Of a DNA stretch of 64,000 bases, positions 28,281 to 38,907 are shown in pieces. The notes under the pieces were generated by a model, which saw nothing but the letters and a program-made list of their open reading frames with translations, was not told where the DNA came from and made no database searches. The position numbers were made by a program, and so were the translations under genes. Numbering within the stretch: position 1 is the first letter of the stretch; every line of letters starts with the position of its first letter. Source of the stretch: Candidatus Microgenomatus sp. (GTDB lineage: Bacteria > Patescibacteriota > Microgenomatia > UBA8517); assembly GCA_020724555.1 (NCBI GenBank), contig DYGT01000006.1, positions 1,649 through 65,648 of the forward strand, in the 5' to 3' direction.

Positions 28281-29198
28281 TCATACGCCACATCCGCTTC
28301 CGAAGGTATCGGGTGAAGGCAGGCTCTTAATTTGCTTTCGTGTTTCTGCATATCCTTGCCCGCTGGAATAAGTAGATCCCAATACCACCTTAGGGTCTAC
28401 TTCTGTCCAGTCTATCCCTTGTTCTTTAAAATAAGTTGCCAAATCCAAGTATGTCTGTGGAAACCAATAAGAATTTACTTTTAAAGCAAACTTATACATA
28501 TCTTCTTCGGAAACATTATTGGCTGCCATCAATTGCAAAAGGCCAAGCATAGCCATTCCATGATTACAATCCGGAAAATGAGTAGAATTACCGCAACATG
28601 GTCTATAAACACCATAGGCTACTTTTTCAACCAATTCTTGCTGGCTCTCTGTCAATTCCAGATATTTATGAGCGCTATAATGATCCATTACATCACCTTT
28701 GGCCAATATCCAGCCTCCTGTGGAGGCAAACCTACTTGCATCTCCTCCGTATCGAGGATCCGACATTTCTCCGTTTATCAATATTTCATTTCTATTAGCA
28801 AGACCAAAGGCCCAAAGCAAATTGAGCAAATATCCACTATTTTGTTGTGTCATAATAACAGAACCTTGAAATTCATCGGTTAACATTTGCTCTTCTTTGG
28901 CGCCAAGTCCTTCCGGGTAAAGTTTTCTAAATGCAACCTCATTAATCACTCCATCTTCTATCAATTTTCCACCAAGATCTCCCCATACAATCGGTAATTC
29001 TACACCGTTTTCAGGTAAAACCAGCTCTTCCGGGTTGCTTTCATCGCGTGTGTTTTTAACTAAATTTTCCGGATTTGTATTATTTTTATTTAAAGTAGTT
29101 ATAAATAAAATAAATACGATTATTAACAACATAAACGATGAGGAACGCCAAAAGAGAAGCGATGACGTTTTTGGGGGCAAGTTTATATAATTTTTCAT
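28281..29198 (-). CDS. Conserved membrane-anchored Cys/His-motif protein
   Basis: ASTGGW; YRPCCGNSTHFPDCNHGMA; C-terminal GSGCGV. Confidence 0.8.
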   Translation of the reverse strand: MKNYINLPPKTSSLLFWRSSSFMLLIIVFILFITTLNKNNTNPENLVKNTRDESNPEELVLPENGVELPIVWGDLGGKLIEDGVINEVAFRKLYPEGLGAKEEQMLTDEFQGSVIMTQQNSGYLLNLLWAFGLANRNEILINGEMSDPRYGGDASRFASTGGWILAKGDVMDHYSAHKYLELTESQQELVEKVAYGVYRPCCGNSTHFPDCNHGMAMLGLLQLMAANNVSEEDMYKFALKVNSYWFPQTYLDLATYFKEQGIDWTEVDPKVVLGSTYSSGQGYAETRKQIKSLPSPDTFGSGCGV

Positions 29199-29714
29199 CT
29201 ATATATAAAAATTTAGAACCACATACATTCCCAAACTTAAAAGCAAAATAGAACCTAGACTTACAACAATTGACTGATATGGGAATAACGCCTTGCCATT
29301 TATTTTTTTGAGATATGTGTTTGCATAATCCGCAAAATAAAACAAAACTCCTCCCAAAATCATTCCAAAGGTTAATTTGGGAATATCATAAATAAGTCCG
29401 TTATGTTCATTTATGAGACCCAACCGATAAAACGATATCAGAGTCGAGACAAAAATTACTAAATAAAGTAAAAGTCGTTGAAAAGGAATATAAGTTTTTT
29501 TTAGTAAGTTATGGATCCAAAAACCCATTGCTCCTAAAAAAGCCCCCATCCATATACCGGTAATTGAATCGTCTATACCAAAAATCCGGGATAAAGATAA
29601 ACCAGCTCCTGCGCCGGCAACACACAACGGGCAATGGGCAAAGGCTGGTTTGATGAATAAAAACATTCCTAAAAAGGATAAAGGCAAACTGAAAAAAATT
29701 ATTTTTTTTATCAT
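29199..29714 (-). CDS. Membrane protein with AHCPLC motif
   Basis: Signal peptide then HCPLC; about four TM helices. Confidence 0.8.
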   Translation of the reverse strand: MIKKIIFFSLPLSFLGMFLFIKPAFAHCPLCVAGAGAGLSLSRIFGIDDSITGIWMGAFLGAMGFWIHNLLKKTYIPFQRLLLYLVIFVSTLISFYRLGLINEHNGLIYDIPKLTFGMILGGVLFYFADYANTYLKKINGKALFPYQSIVVSLGSILLLSLGMYVVLNFYI

Positions 29715-30223
29715 TTTACTACCGTACCATTAAATGTAAGATTCACTGCAGCCAAAGGTTCACTGAACGTTAAATTAACCACTCTATCAAAAGGTCCAGT
29801 GCCTTCCGGGCCGTGTGCAGCCGGATCAAAATTTACAATTACTTTCGCGGTTTCTCCCGGCTCTATTTTATAATTTAAATTTGGATTTCTATCTCCAGGG
29901 TGCTCCATGCCAAAAAACCGCGACTGCCTATCGCCTACTACTATTTTAGCTTCGGTACACATGCAGGAAGTTACAATTTTTTGCAATATCATGGGTGTAC
30001 CGGTATCATTTTTGAGTTCGTATTCTTTGGTGACAATGCCGCCTCTAAGCGGCACTTCACCCAGATTATAATTTTCCGGAATTATCTGTAGCCCTTCCAC
30101 CTGGCCAAGGGGTTGTGTGTTCGCGTTTGCAGTTTCACCGCTTTCGCGCTTTATAGCCAAAGCAAACACAAGAAGCAAAGAAGCAACTGTTAAACCTAAA
30201 AATATTTTAACGTCTTTACCCAT
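29711..30223 (-). CDS. DUF1573 (Ig-like) domain protein
   Basis: TSCMCT, I.PGE, FDPAAHGP.G.G.F.R. Confidence 0.8.
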   Translation of the reverse strand: MGKDVKIFLGLTVASLLLVFALAIKRESGETANANTQPLGQVEGLQIIPENYNLGEVPLRGGIVTKEYELKNDTGTPMILQKIVTSCMCTEAKIVVGDRQSRFFGMEHPGDRNPNLNYKIEPGETAKVIVNFDPAAHGPEGTGPFDRVVNLTFSEPLAAVNLTFNGTVVK

Positions 30224-30224
30224 A

Positions 30225-30497
30225 TTATTTTCCGTTTTTATCAAACAAATCTACGATTTCTTTTATTAATTTTTCCTTTTTGGCCTTTGGAGCATTTATA
30301 TTTGCTAAAACACAGCAATCAAGATGCCCTTCTAATATAATCTGGTCAATTTTTTTTAGTGAAGACTGTACTGCTTGGGATTGATGAATAATATCAGGAC
30401 AGTATTCTTCATCCTCTACCATTTCTCGAACTTTTTGCAGATGGCCTTGGGCAATTGCCAATCTACGCAGAGATTCTTTTTTTACTTCAATATTCAT
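30225..30497 (-). CDS. csoR: CsoR/RcnR metal-sensing repressor
   Basis: RRL.IAQGHL..V..M.E...YC.DII.Q..AV...HLDCC. Confidence 0.88.
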   Translation of the reverse strand: MNIEVKKESLRRLAIAQGHLQKVREMVEDEEYCPDIIHQSQAVQSSLKKIDQIILEGHLDCCVLANINAPKAKKEKLIKEIVDLFDKNGK

Positions 30498-30499
30498 CT

Positions 30500-30525
30500 T
30501 ATTCCCCCTCCCTGGGATGGGGATA
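30500..30525. promoter_or_regulatory. CsoR-type operator (C-tract/G-tract pseudo-palindrome)
   Basis: TATTCCCC...GGGGATA just upstream of the csoR ATG; TTGACA at 30559-30554. Confidence 0.6.
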
Positions 30526-30571
30526 TAAATAAGATATAAAAAACTTTAAACTATGTCAAGAAGTAGATTTA

Positions 30572-31063
30572 CTAAATAATGAGAAATTTGGAGGGTTTTT
30601 CTACAAATTTTTCTTTGCAAGCTTTACTGCAAAAATAATAAATTTTCCCATTGTATTTATATGTTACGTTTGCGGATTTTGGACAAAGCCTTTTGCCGCA
30701 TACTAAATCATGTGTTAAGGGGACCAATTCATCCATATTTTTTTCAAGCTCAGACGCTAACTCGGTATCCTTATATCTTTTTGCCAAAACTTCGCGCAAA
30801 GCATCGCTTGCTTCTATAAAATTTTTATCCGAAAGTTTATAAAAAATATTTTTTCCTTTTCTTTCTGTGACAACAATCCCGGCTTCACGAAGTGTCATTA
30901 GATGCTGGCTAAGATTTGCCTGGGGAAGATCAAGCTTTTGTTGAATTTCCCCAACACAAAGATTTTTTCCACGAAGCAAATGAATTATCTCCAAACGTTT
31001 AGGATGGCTCATGGCTCGCAGAAGCTGTGCATGAAGCTCAAACATTTTATTGTACATTTTCAT
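30572..31063 (-). CDS. ArsR/SmtB regulator fused to YHS domain
   Basis: HPKRLEII..L, QANLSQHL; D.VCG...YYFCS..C..KF...P. Confidence 0.9.
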   Translation of the reverse strand: MKMYNKMFELHAQLLRAMSHPKRLEIIHLLRGKNLCVGEIQQKLDLPQANLSQHLMTLREAGIVVTERKGKNIFYKLSDKNFIEASDALREVLAKRYKDTELASELEKNMDELVPLTHDLVCGKRLCPKSANVTYKYNGKIYYFCSKACKEKFVEKPSKFLII

Positions 31064-31127
31064 TAAGACATTACCCTCAAAACGTTTTTAAGTCAAGACC
31101 TTTTTTAAATTAAAAATTTAAAAGTAA

Positions 31128-31835
31128 TCAACGCAGATCTGCAATCGCTTGTTCCAATTGAGCCAAGGGCACAGCACCCGGAATATAGGAAACCTCACCC
31201 GTTTCCCTGTTCATTAAAAAGTTACCCGGTGTACCGCTAACTCCTGCAGATTGCCCGCCCGCCATATCGCTATCCACTTTTTCTTCAACACTTTCATCGA
31301 CAATACAAGTATTATAATCATCCGCATTAACACCCAGCTCAGCCGCAATACCCACCAAATCGCGGTCAACGACTGCCGTTTCACTTGTAAAGATTCTGTC
31401 AACAAATGCCCAAAACGCGTCGTTGCCTGCAATCCTCCCTATACATTCAGAGGCTATAGCGCGGGGTCTGGCGCTTGGATGGATTGTGTCCAAAGGAAAA
31501 TGTCGGTAAACCCATCCCACATCGTTATCTTTTTCAATAAGTTGGTTGGCTGTTGCATGAAATTGCTGGCAATATGGGCATTCTAAATCTGAGTACTCTA
31601 TTAGTAAAATATTTCCATCGGGATTGCCCGTTATCCAATCGCCGTCATTTATTTCGGGTACATCGCCCGGAGGCGGAGTTGGTTGAGACCCACCTGCTGC
31701 CAAATTATTCGGTGCATTGGTCCCGGTTTGATTATCTTCTAGCTGCTGGACGCGCATCCACAAAGTGCCGATAAAAAATGAGGCTACTACTAAAAGAATT
31801 ACTAAAATCACTGTTGGGGCGTTTTTTATTTGCAT
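31128..31835 (-). CDS. DsbA-family thioredoxin
   Basis: EYSDLECPYC, YRHFPL, GVSGTPG. Confidence 0.92.
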   Translation of the reverse strand: MQIKNAPTVILVILLVVASFFIGTLWMRVQQLEDNQTGTNAPNNLAAGGSQPTPPPGDVPEINDGDWITGNPDGNILLIEYSDLECPYCQQFHATANQLIEKDNDVGWVYRHFPLDTIHPSARPRAIASECIGRIAGNDAFWAFVDRIFTSETAVVDRDLVGIAAELGVNADDYNTCIVDESVEEKVDSDMAGGQSAGVSGTPGNFLMNRETGEVSYIPGAVPLAQLEQAIADLR

Positions 31836-31849
31836 CTAAGTAACAAAGT

Positions 31850-33631
31850 TTAATTCAATATTATGAATATATAGGCATATATAAAGCCTGTCAAGGACTT
31901 TTTGATTTGTGCAGGTTTTTGGCTTATAAAGATAACTCCGGATATCAACAAAGCCTTAAGCTTTCCATGATACACTTTAGCTCCGTCTGCCAAATACTTC
32001 TGTGCCTTATCCCCAACCTTTTTTGCGGATGCACCATGGTGATGAAGAATGGAAAATTTTGGCAAGTAGTAAACGCTTATGCCTTCTCTTTTTAACCTCC
32101 TTGCATATTCAACATCTTCAAAATACATAAAAGTTTGCTCAGACAACTCCCCTACTTTATGAAAAATAGTGGCAGGTATAAGAAGAGCCGCCATTACTAC
32201 CCCTTCAACTTTTTGCGGCATATTTCCGGCCGGTCTAAATAATCCATAAGCTTGTTTTTTGCCAAACCAGAATTTTTTTATTGCTCCCGCTAGAGTCGGC
32301 AAAACAAAGGCCGATTCCTGGACAGAACCATCCGAAAGTATTAATTTGCAAGAAGCAACGGCGTTTGGATGTTTATCTAAAAAAGAAATCATATATTCAA
32401 CCGATCCTTTTGTTACTTCTGTGTCGGAATTTAATAAAAGAAAGTATTTACCCCTGCAGTAATTTAAAGCTCTGTTGTAACCGCCAGAAAATCCTAAATT
32501 CTTTTTAAGTTGGATCGTTTTTACTTTAGGATAAATTTCTCTAATTCGTTCTATTAAACCGTCATTAGAATCGTTATCTAATACTATAATTTCTTTTCTG
32601 ACCTGCGAAGAAACATTCTTGTGCAGACTTTTTAATAAATCAAGCGTTAATTTCGCCGTTTTGTAATTTACTATGGCTATGGAAACGTCAAAGGGAAAGT
32701 GAGGAGCAACTTCCGGCTGCTTTTCAAAAAAACCGTGGCGCCCTAAAAAGAAATCGAGAACACCTTTTTTTTGGGCTTTTCTCCCGAAGATAACTTGCCT
32801 AATGGCTTCACGCACGAGGGCAAATTTAGTTTTTAAATTTGCGTATTTAAAACCAACATACAATCTGTTTCTTGTTAATAAATAGTCTGTAAAAAAAGAA
32901 CCAACCCCTGCCGTTTGCGATACTTTATGATAAATACTGGCTTTTCCGTTGTACCATGATTCAAAACCTGCAAGGCCAGCCCGCATGACAAAATCAAAAT
33001 CTTCATAGTAAGCAAAATATTTTTCGTCAAAAAAACCTATTTTTTCAATAACATCCCTCTTAACCATAAAACAACAACCACTGATAAATTCCGTTTTTTC
33101 CACCCCCTCGTATTGCCCTCGGTCAATTTCATCTAAACCCCGGTGGTGAGAATATATATTATTCCAATCGATCGTCCCTCCGGCAAACCAGATAACTTTG
33201 CCTAAATCGTTTTTGGTGTAGCGGTCTTTGTAAAATTCATAACCGGGGGCAAAATATATTTTGGGGCTAACTATTCCGACACGTTTATCAAGCTTAAAAG
33301 TTTTCAATAATTTTTGTAAAAAATCACTATCTTTTACTAAAGTATCGTTATTTATGACCAGGATGTAGTCCGCACCCCAAGACATCGCATATTTAATACC
33401 CCGGTTATACCCGCCCGCGAAGCCTAAATTTATACCGGTAGGTAATAAAACAGTATTAGCAAAAAATTCCACTTTATTTAAAGAAAGCGGGTCTTTTGAA
33501 CCGTTATCAACGACAATAGTTAAGACATCCAAATCGGTTTTATTAACTAAATCAAGGGATTTTAATAAATCAAATGTGTGGTCGTGTTCGTTATAATCAA
33601 CTGTTACTATTGCTATTTTATTTTTATTCAT
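31850..33631 (-). CDS. Tandem two-domain GT2 glycosyltransferase
   Basis: Two VDN.S / NLGF.GG.N / NND or NSD / F.Y.ED units; start moved to MNKNK. Confidence 0.9.
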   Translation of the reverse strand: MNKNKIAIVTVDYNEHDHTFDLLKSLDLVNKTDLDVLTIVVDNGSKDPLSLNKVEFFANTVLLPTGINLGFAGGYNRGIKYAMSWGADYILVINNDTLVKDSDFLQKLLKTFKLDKRVGIVSPKIYFAPGYEFYKDRYTKNDLGKVIWFAGGTIDWNNIYSHHRGLDEIDRGQYEGVEKTEFISGCCFMVKRDVIEKIGFFDEKYFAYYEDFDFVMRAGLAGFESWYNGKASIYHKVSQTAGVGSFFTDYLLTRNRLYVGFKYANLKTKFALVREAIRQVIFGRKAQKKGVLDFFLGRHGFFEKQPEVAPHFPFDVSIAIVNYKTAKLTLDLLKSLHKNVSSQVRKEIIVLDNDSNDGLIERIREIYPKVKTIQLKKNLGFSGGYNRALNYCRGKYFLLLNSDTEVTKGSVEYMISFLDKHPNAVASCKLILSDGSVQESAFVLPTLAGAIKKFWFGKKQAYGLFRPAGNMPQKVEGVVMAALLIPATIFHKVGELSEQTFMYFEDVEYARRLKREGISVYYLPKFSILHHHGASAKKVGDKAQKYLADGAKVYHGKLKALLISGVIFISQKPAQIKKSLTGFIYAYIFIILN

Positions 33632-34533
33632 ATCTTTTGCAAAACACTTTTGTGCGCCAAAAAAAGATTTTTCTTTCCGAGTAATAAAAAGACGATCATC
33701 CTCCATAAAGAACCGATATAAACTATTATTTTGATAAAACTTTTGCAATTGGGGAAATGTTTGTTTGCGTAATATATTAGTCCGGTTTTTTCCAAAATAA
33801 TTGCTTTTGTGTTATCCCCTCCACTACTGGATTTATCTAAATGAACAATAGAAAACCTTGGCGTATAAACCACTTTGAAACCATGCTTATGAATGCGTTT
33901 GTACCACTCAACTTCTTCTGTATACATAAAAAAATTCTCGTCAAAACCTTTAGTCTTTGTATAAACCTCTTTTTTTAAAAACATAAATGCTCCCATTGCC
34001 CAGCCAATCTTTCTATCTTTAGCAAAGTAACCTTTATAATTTGCGTGCACAGGTGGAACTAGATACCGAATTAATGGTAAATTCGCAATTCCCAACATCC
34101 AGGTTGTGATGTTTAATGGATTAGGCAACGAGCCGGCGCTGGGCTGCAAGTTACCATTTTTAAAATTTAAACGGCAAGCCAAAACATCGCATTCATTTTC
34201 ACTCATATATTTTCTGGCTTTAATTAATGTGTTTTTATCTACATAAGCATCCGAATTTAAAAGAAGAAAATAATTTCCACTGGCGCGGCGCATGGCATAA
34301 TTATTGCCTTTGGCAAAACCCAGATTAATGTCTGAGCGCATTAATTTCACCCACGGGTGCTTTTTTGCAATCATTTCAGCCGAGCCATCAGTGGACGCAT
34401 TGTCCAAAACGATTACTTCCACTTCCCTTTTTAGTTTTTGCTTGAATTCCTTGACAGCCTTTTTTAATAACACCAGGCATTCATTGGTAATTTGGGAGGT
34501 ATTATAGGAAAGAATTATTACGGAAATTTCCAT
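33628..34533 (-). CDS. GT2 glycosyltransferase
   Basis: DNASTDGS, NLGFAKGNN, LLNSD, FFMYTEE; start moved to MEISV. Confidence 0.9.
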   Translation of the reverse strand: MEISVIILSYNTSQITNECLVLLKKAVKEFKQKLKREVEVIVLDNASTDGSAEMIAKKHPWVKLMRSDINLGFAKGNNYAMRRASGNYFLLLNSDAYVDKNTLIKARKYMSENECDVLACRLNFKNGNLQPSAGSLPNPLNITTWMLGIANLPLIRYLVPPVHANYKGYFAKDRKIGWAMGAFMFLKKEVYTKTKGFDENFFMYTEEVEWYKRIHKHGFKVVYTPRFSIVHLDKSSSGGDNTKAIILEKTGLIYYANKHFPNCKSFIKIIVYIGSLWRMIVFLLLGKKNLFLAHKSVLQKI

Positions 34534-34692
34534 GTCAAAATATTTTGTGTCTTTCACAATTTTATCATGTAAGCGTAAAACTCCAAGCGTTAGCTTGGAA
34601 ATATAAGCCACAAGGAAACTTCATCATTTAGCCGAACAATATTCTTTACTGGTTTTTGACACGACCAAGTGGTAGTCTAAAAAAATAATAAT

Positions 34693-35022
34693 ATGGCAAA
34701 AACCAAGTACCAAGAATACTATGAACTAATGATCGCGAACAACAAAGCTTTATTTGACGATTTCAAAATCATTCACGACCAATTTGTGCTTGAACCTCAA
34801 AAATACCAAGATGAATTTAATAAAAAGGGCGAAGAAATAATGAGGGTTGTTCACCAATGGGAAGACAGGCTTTGCAATCATTCAGAAGGAAGCGGTTATG
34901 GTTTATATAGCGCCAATTTAGCAGAAAAATTCAAAAACCAAATTAGAAAAAATTTTCCTAAATTCGACGAAATCGGAGTAAAAAGATCTTTCTTTTCTTT
35001 AAATAAAATCAGTCCGAAATAA
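34693..35022 (+). CDS. Conserved hypothetical protein
   Basis: Clean ORF; WEDRLC..SE...Y..YS.NLAEKF pattern. Confidence 0.75.
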   Translation: MAKTKYQEYYELMIANNKALFDDFKIIHDQFVLEPQKYQDEFNKKGEEIMRVVHQWEDRLCNHSEGSGYGLYSANLAEKFKNQIRKNFPKFDEIGVKRSFFSLNKISPK

Positions 35023-36199
35023 TCAAATAGACAGCTTTTGCTTTATCATCGGATAAATATAGCTCACCTGCCTTCCCAAATTCCAAATCAACCGGCCTGC
35101 CCAAGGCAGTTGTCCCTTGTAAAAAGCCGGTCAAAAAATCTTCCTCAGAAACAATATTCTCTCCCTCAACATCCAAGCGCACTACTTTATATCCAACCGG
35201 CGTGCTTCTATTCCAAGACCCATGGTACGCTACCAAAAGGTCTCCTTGCCAATTTTGTGGGAAAAGAGGAGAGTTAATAAAAACCAGACCCAATGGCGCG
35301 CTATGGGCCTCAATTTCATAAACGGGGGAGGCGGTTGAATCACAAAAAGATTGGTCACCATCCTTCATTGCCGGATCATATATCTTGTCTCCATAACAAT
35401 AAGGCCAACCATAATGTCCCTCTTTTATGATATTTATTTCATCCGGCGGCTTATCGTCACCTAAAAAATCTCTGCCCATTTCTACTCCCCACAGTTTATT
35501 TGTAGACGGGTTGACTTTTATAAACACTGCATTTCTCAAACCTTGGGCAAACACTTGAGGGTTGTCTCCGTTGGCATTTGATTTTATGACTGCCGCAAGC
35601 CACGGATGATTTTCCCGGCAGACATCACACGATGAACCAAGAGACACATACATCGATCCATCCGGTGTAAATTCAATAGTCCGGGTCCAGTGCCTGCCTC
35701 CGGCGGGTAAATCAAAAAGTTTTTTATCAAACTCGGCTGTTTTTTCATTTTCATTCCAAATATAGCGCACCACTTCCTCTTCTTCGGCAACGTACAATTT
35801 ATCTTCCCAAAATGCAAGTCCATGAGGTCTATTTAGCCCTTGCAATACCACTTTCTTTTCTTCGCTTGTGCCGTCTTTATCGCTGTCTATTAAAGCTAAT
35901 ACTTGGCCCTGATTGGGAATCGAAACCAATAAAGACCCTCCCGGCGTAATCTGTAAATCACGAGGGCTACCCGAACCCATCTCATCTGCAAAAACGCTAA
36001 TCCTAAACCCTGCCGGAAGCTTTAAAGGCACATCAAGAGGTTCGCCGCGCAGCCTTTGGTTTGTTTGCTTTACTTTATCGGCTGCGTTTTCGGTTACGGG
36101 CAACAAAGGCCTTAAGTCTCCTACTTCACGCCTCAATACATACCACACCCCAAGTATTCCAACTAAGATAAGAGCACTTATAAAAACCGCTTTTTTCAT
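35009..36199 (-). CDS. PQQ-dependent sugar/sorbosone dehydrogenase-like beta-propeller
   Basis: GSSCDVC, GLRNAV, PPDEIN, YGWP, AHSAPLG, HGSWNR, GRPVD. Confidence 0.9.
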   Translation of the reverse strand: MKKAVFISALILVGILGVWYVLRREVGDLRPLLPVTENAADKVKQTNQRLRGEPLDVPLKLPAGFRISVFADEMGSGSPRDLQITPGGSLLVSIPNQGQVLALIDSDKDGTSEEKKVVLQGLNRPHGLAFWEDKLYVAEEEEVVRYIWNENEKTAEFDKKLFDLPAGGRHWTRTIEFTPDGSMYVSLGSSCDVCRENHPWLAAVIKSNANGDNPQVFAQGLRNAVFIKVNPSTNKLWGVEMGRDFLGDDKPPDEINIIKEGHYGWPYCYGDKIYDPAMKDGDQSFCDSTASPVYEIEAHSAPLGLVFINSPLFPQNWQGDLLVAYHGSWNRSTPVGYKVVRLDVEGENIVSEEDFLTGFLQGTTALGRPVDLEFGKAGELYLSDDKAKAVYLIISD

Positions 36200-36612
36200 T
36201 CAAAATTGATGTCCCAATCCAAACTAGGAACTCTGAGCCTATCGTCTCGAAAATTAATTTCTTGAAGCTTTAACTCTATTGATTTAATTTTTTCTTCGAT
36301 CGCGAGCACCTCTTCATCTTCTGCATACAAAGACGGCTCTTTTGTATCTTCTACGTGAGTAGGAAACGGCGTGGGCGTAGGTTCTATGGGTGGCGTAGTT
36401 TCTGTCATAAAGTTTTGATAAACATAATAAATAATCAAAAAAGCCAAAACAACAATCAACACAATTACAGCTACTTTTATAATTAAATTTTTAATCCCGG
36501 AATTAAAGGAAAAATTAAATTTTGGAAAATTAAATCTTTTCGGCTTATCCGGTGCAACAACAACGGAAGCCTCCGGGATATGCGTGTGTGTTTGAGGATT
36601 ATTTTCTTCCAT
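36196..36612 (-). CDS. Hypothetical membrane protein
   Basis: Single TM helix, PT-rich linker. Confidence 0.75.
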   Translation of the reverse strand: MEENNPQTHTHIPEASVVVAPDKPKRFNFPKFNFSFNSGIKNLIIKVAVIVLIVVLAFLIIYYVYQNFMTETTPPIEPTPTPFPTHVEDTKEPSLYAEDEEVLAIEEKIKSIELKLQEINFRDDRLRVPSLDWDINFE

Positions 36613-37427
36613 TATTTTGTCTTTATTTGTTTAATAATTTCAATCATATAGCTATTTGCCTCTCTTAAATATTGGTTAGCTTCCAGCAGATGCGTTAGCA
36701 CATTCTCATATTGCGATTTGCCTGTTTCCCGGCTTGATTGCGACTGAATTTGAAAAACCAAATTTTGTGCTTCTACTTCTTTATCCAAAGCCCTGATTAA
36801 TTTATTTTCAGTTTCCAGCACCCAACGCTCGGCAAAAGCAACATCGTGGTCTCCTTTTTGCCTAATTTCCTGAATTTTACCTTTAGTCTCGTTCAAGACT
36901 GCCGTCATGTCTTCACGCGTGCTTTTTAATTTGTAATAAGGAATGAGGCTTAAAGTCTCATAAGTAAGCCTTTGAGTAAACATAAACCTATCATAAGCTT
37001 CCTCTGAATCACTTTCTAAATCATTGAGTGTCCCCGCGCTCGGTATAGTGTCTTTGTGGTTTTCAAACCAGGCGATATCAGCATCTATTCGGGCAAAAAG
37101 ACTATTTTTAGCTTGTATATCCACCGCATCTTCTTCAAGCAAACGCATACGAAGCGCCCTAAGGTAAGTAATGACAACATCGTCCCGCGCCGCTAGCATA
37201 TTTACGGTTGCCAGCTGGGCTTTAGACTGCGATGTTAAAGTTTGCGCCTGTGAATATTGTGCTTTAGCAAGCAAATACTCTCCATGCGCATCTTGATATA
37301 AATCCGTCATATACACATAATCCTGGTATGCTTTCTCGTACGTGAACTCTTCTTCCTCGGCAAAAACCATATGAAATGAAAAAAACAGCACAAAAGTGGA
37401 TAGGCCTAAGGCAGATAATTTTCGCAT
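36612..37427 (-). CDS. Secreted helical hypothetical protein
   Basis: Signal peptide; long ORF in operon. Confidence 0.8.
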   Translation of the reverse strand: MRKLSALGLSTFVLFFSFHMVFAEEEEFTYEKAYQDYVYMTDLYQDAHGEYLLAKAQYSQAQTLTSQSKAQLATVNMLAARDDVVITYLRALRMRLLEEDAVDIQAKNSLFARIDADIAWFENHKDTIPSAGTLNDLESDSEEAYDRFMFTQRLTYETLSLIPYYKLKSTREDMTAVLNETKGKIQEIRQKGDHDVAFAERWVLETENKLIRALDKEVEAQNLVFQIQSQSSRETGKSQYENVLTHLLEANQYLREANSYMIEIIKQIKTK

Positions 37428-37452
37428 ATTTTATTTTATAACAAAAGCATAC

Positions 37453-38883
37453 TTACGCCACGGGCTTTAACTGAAAACCATCCTGACCGTCAATTATTTC
37501 CCAGCCCATTTGCTGCAATTGAATCCTTATTTCATCTGCTTTGCCAAAATTATTCTCTCTTCTAAACGTTTCCCTCTTTTGTGCCAAATCAATTACTTTT
37601 TGGGGTATTTTTACTTCTTCTATATTTATGTTTCTCATATTAAGGCCAAAGACTTCGTCAAATAGATATAATAAGTCCAACTTATCTTCCGAGGGAATGT
37701 TGCTTTTTACCATGTCCCACATTATTGCCAATGCCTGTGGCATATTAAGATCGTTATTAACAGCCTTTAAAAATTCACTTCTATATCCATCTACTTTTTC
37801 CAACTTATCCTGGGATAATTGCTTTCGTTCACTTGCTGATGGATTTTTAAGATCAAGCACAATTGAACGCAAACGCTCAAGCGACTTTTCTGAAGCCGCG
37901 AGCGCTTCCCAGGTAAAATTTAAAGGTTTTCGGTAATGGCCGGTTAAATAAAAATAGCGCAAACTCAAATACCCAAACCCCTTTTCAGCTACATCCCAAA
38001 GTGTATACGCATTTCCCAAACTTTTACCCATCCTTCCCCCATCCACAGTTAAAAAGGCGCCGTGCACCCAATATTTTACAAAAGGTTTTTTACCGGTGGC
38101 TGCTTCGGATTGGGCAATTTCATTTGGGTGGTGAGTGCTTCTCAGGTCTTCCCCTCCCACATGAACATCAAACTGATCACCCAAGTACTTGGTACTCATG
38201 GCAGAGCACTCAATATGCCAACCCGGAAACCCTACACCCCAAGGGCTTTCCCATTCCATTTGTCTTTTAGTGTCAGTGGGGGAAAACTTCCATAAAGCAA
38301 AATCTCGAGGATCCTTTTTTTCAGGATTAGATTCAACCCTTACCCCTTCCTTAATTTGGTCTAACTCTGACAATTGCCCATATTTAAAACCTTTAGCTTC
38401 ATAAGCTTGAGTGTCAAAATAAATAGCATCTTGAGTTTTATAGGTAAAACCTTTTTCTTCGAGTTTTTGAATCATACTTATTTGTTCAGCGATATGGTTA
38501 GTAGCTTTGGGAATTATATTGGGACGAATAAGATTTAATTTTTCCAGTCCTTCCATAAAATCACTCGCATAAAAGTCTGCTATCTCCCAAGCAGATTTGT
38601 TTTCGCGTTTGGCTGCTTTTTCCATCCTGTCCTGTCCTTGATCTGCATCTCCTTCGTTGTCTCCGGTAAGATGTCCTACGTCCGTAATATTCATTACATA
38701 AGTCACATCGTAGCCGTTTAGCTTCATTGTTCTGAGTAAAAAATCGCCAAGCGTATACGTGCGCCAGTTGCCGATACTCACATAGTCATAAACCGTAGGG
38801 CCGCATGTATACATGCCGACTTTGGGCGGATTTAAGGGCTTAAATTCTTCAATTTTTTTGCTAAGCGAATTATATAACTTCAT
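37453..38883 (-). CDS. cysS: Cysteinyl-tRNA synthetase (housekeeping)
   Basis: CGPTVYD, DFALWK, GWHIEC, HHPNE, RMGKSLGN. Confidence 0.95.
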   Translation of the reverse strand: MKLYNSLSKKIEEFKPLNPPKVGMYTCGPTVYDYVSIGNWRTYTLGDFLLRTMKLNGYDVTYVMNITDVGHLTGDNEGDADQGQDRMEKAAKRENKSAWEIADFYASDFMEGLEKLNLIRPNIIPKATNHIAEQISMIQKLEEKGFTYKTQDAIYFDTQAYEAKGFKYGQLSELDQIKEGVRVESNPEKKDPRDFALWKFSPTDTKRQMEWESPWGVGFPGWHIECSAMSTKYLGDQFDVHVGGEDLRSTHHPNEIAQSEAATGKKPFVKYWVHGAFLTVDGGRMGKSLGNAYTLWDVAEKGFGYLSLRYFYLTGHYRKPLNFTWEALAASEKSLERLRSIVLDLKNPSASERKQLSQDKLEKVDGYRSEFLKAVNNDLNMPQALAIMWDMVKSNIPSEDKLDLLYLFDEVFGLNMRNINIEEVKIPQKVIDLAQKRETFRRENNFGKADEIRIQLQQMGWEIIDGQDGFQLKPVA

Positions 38884-38907
38884 GCCCTATTGTAACATTT
38901 GTAACAT

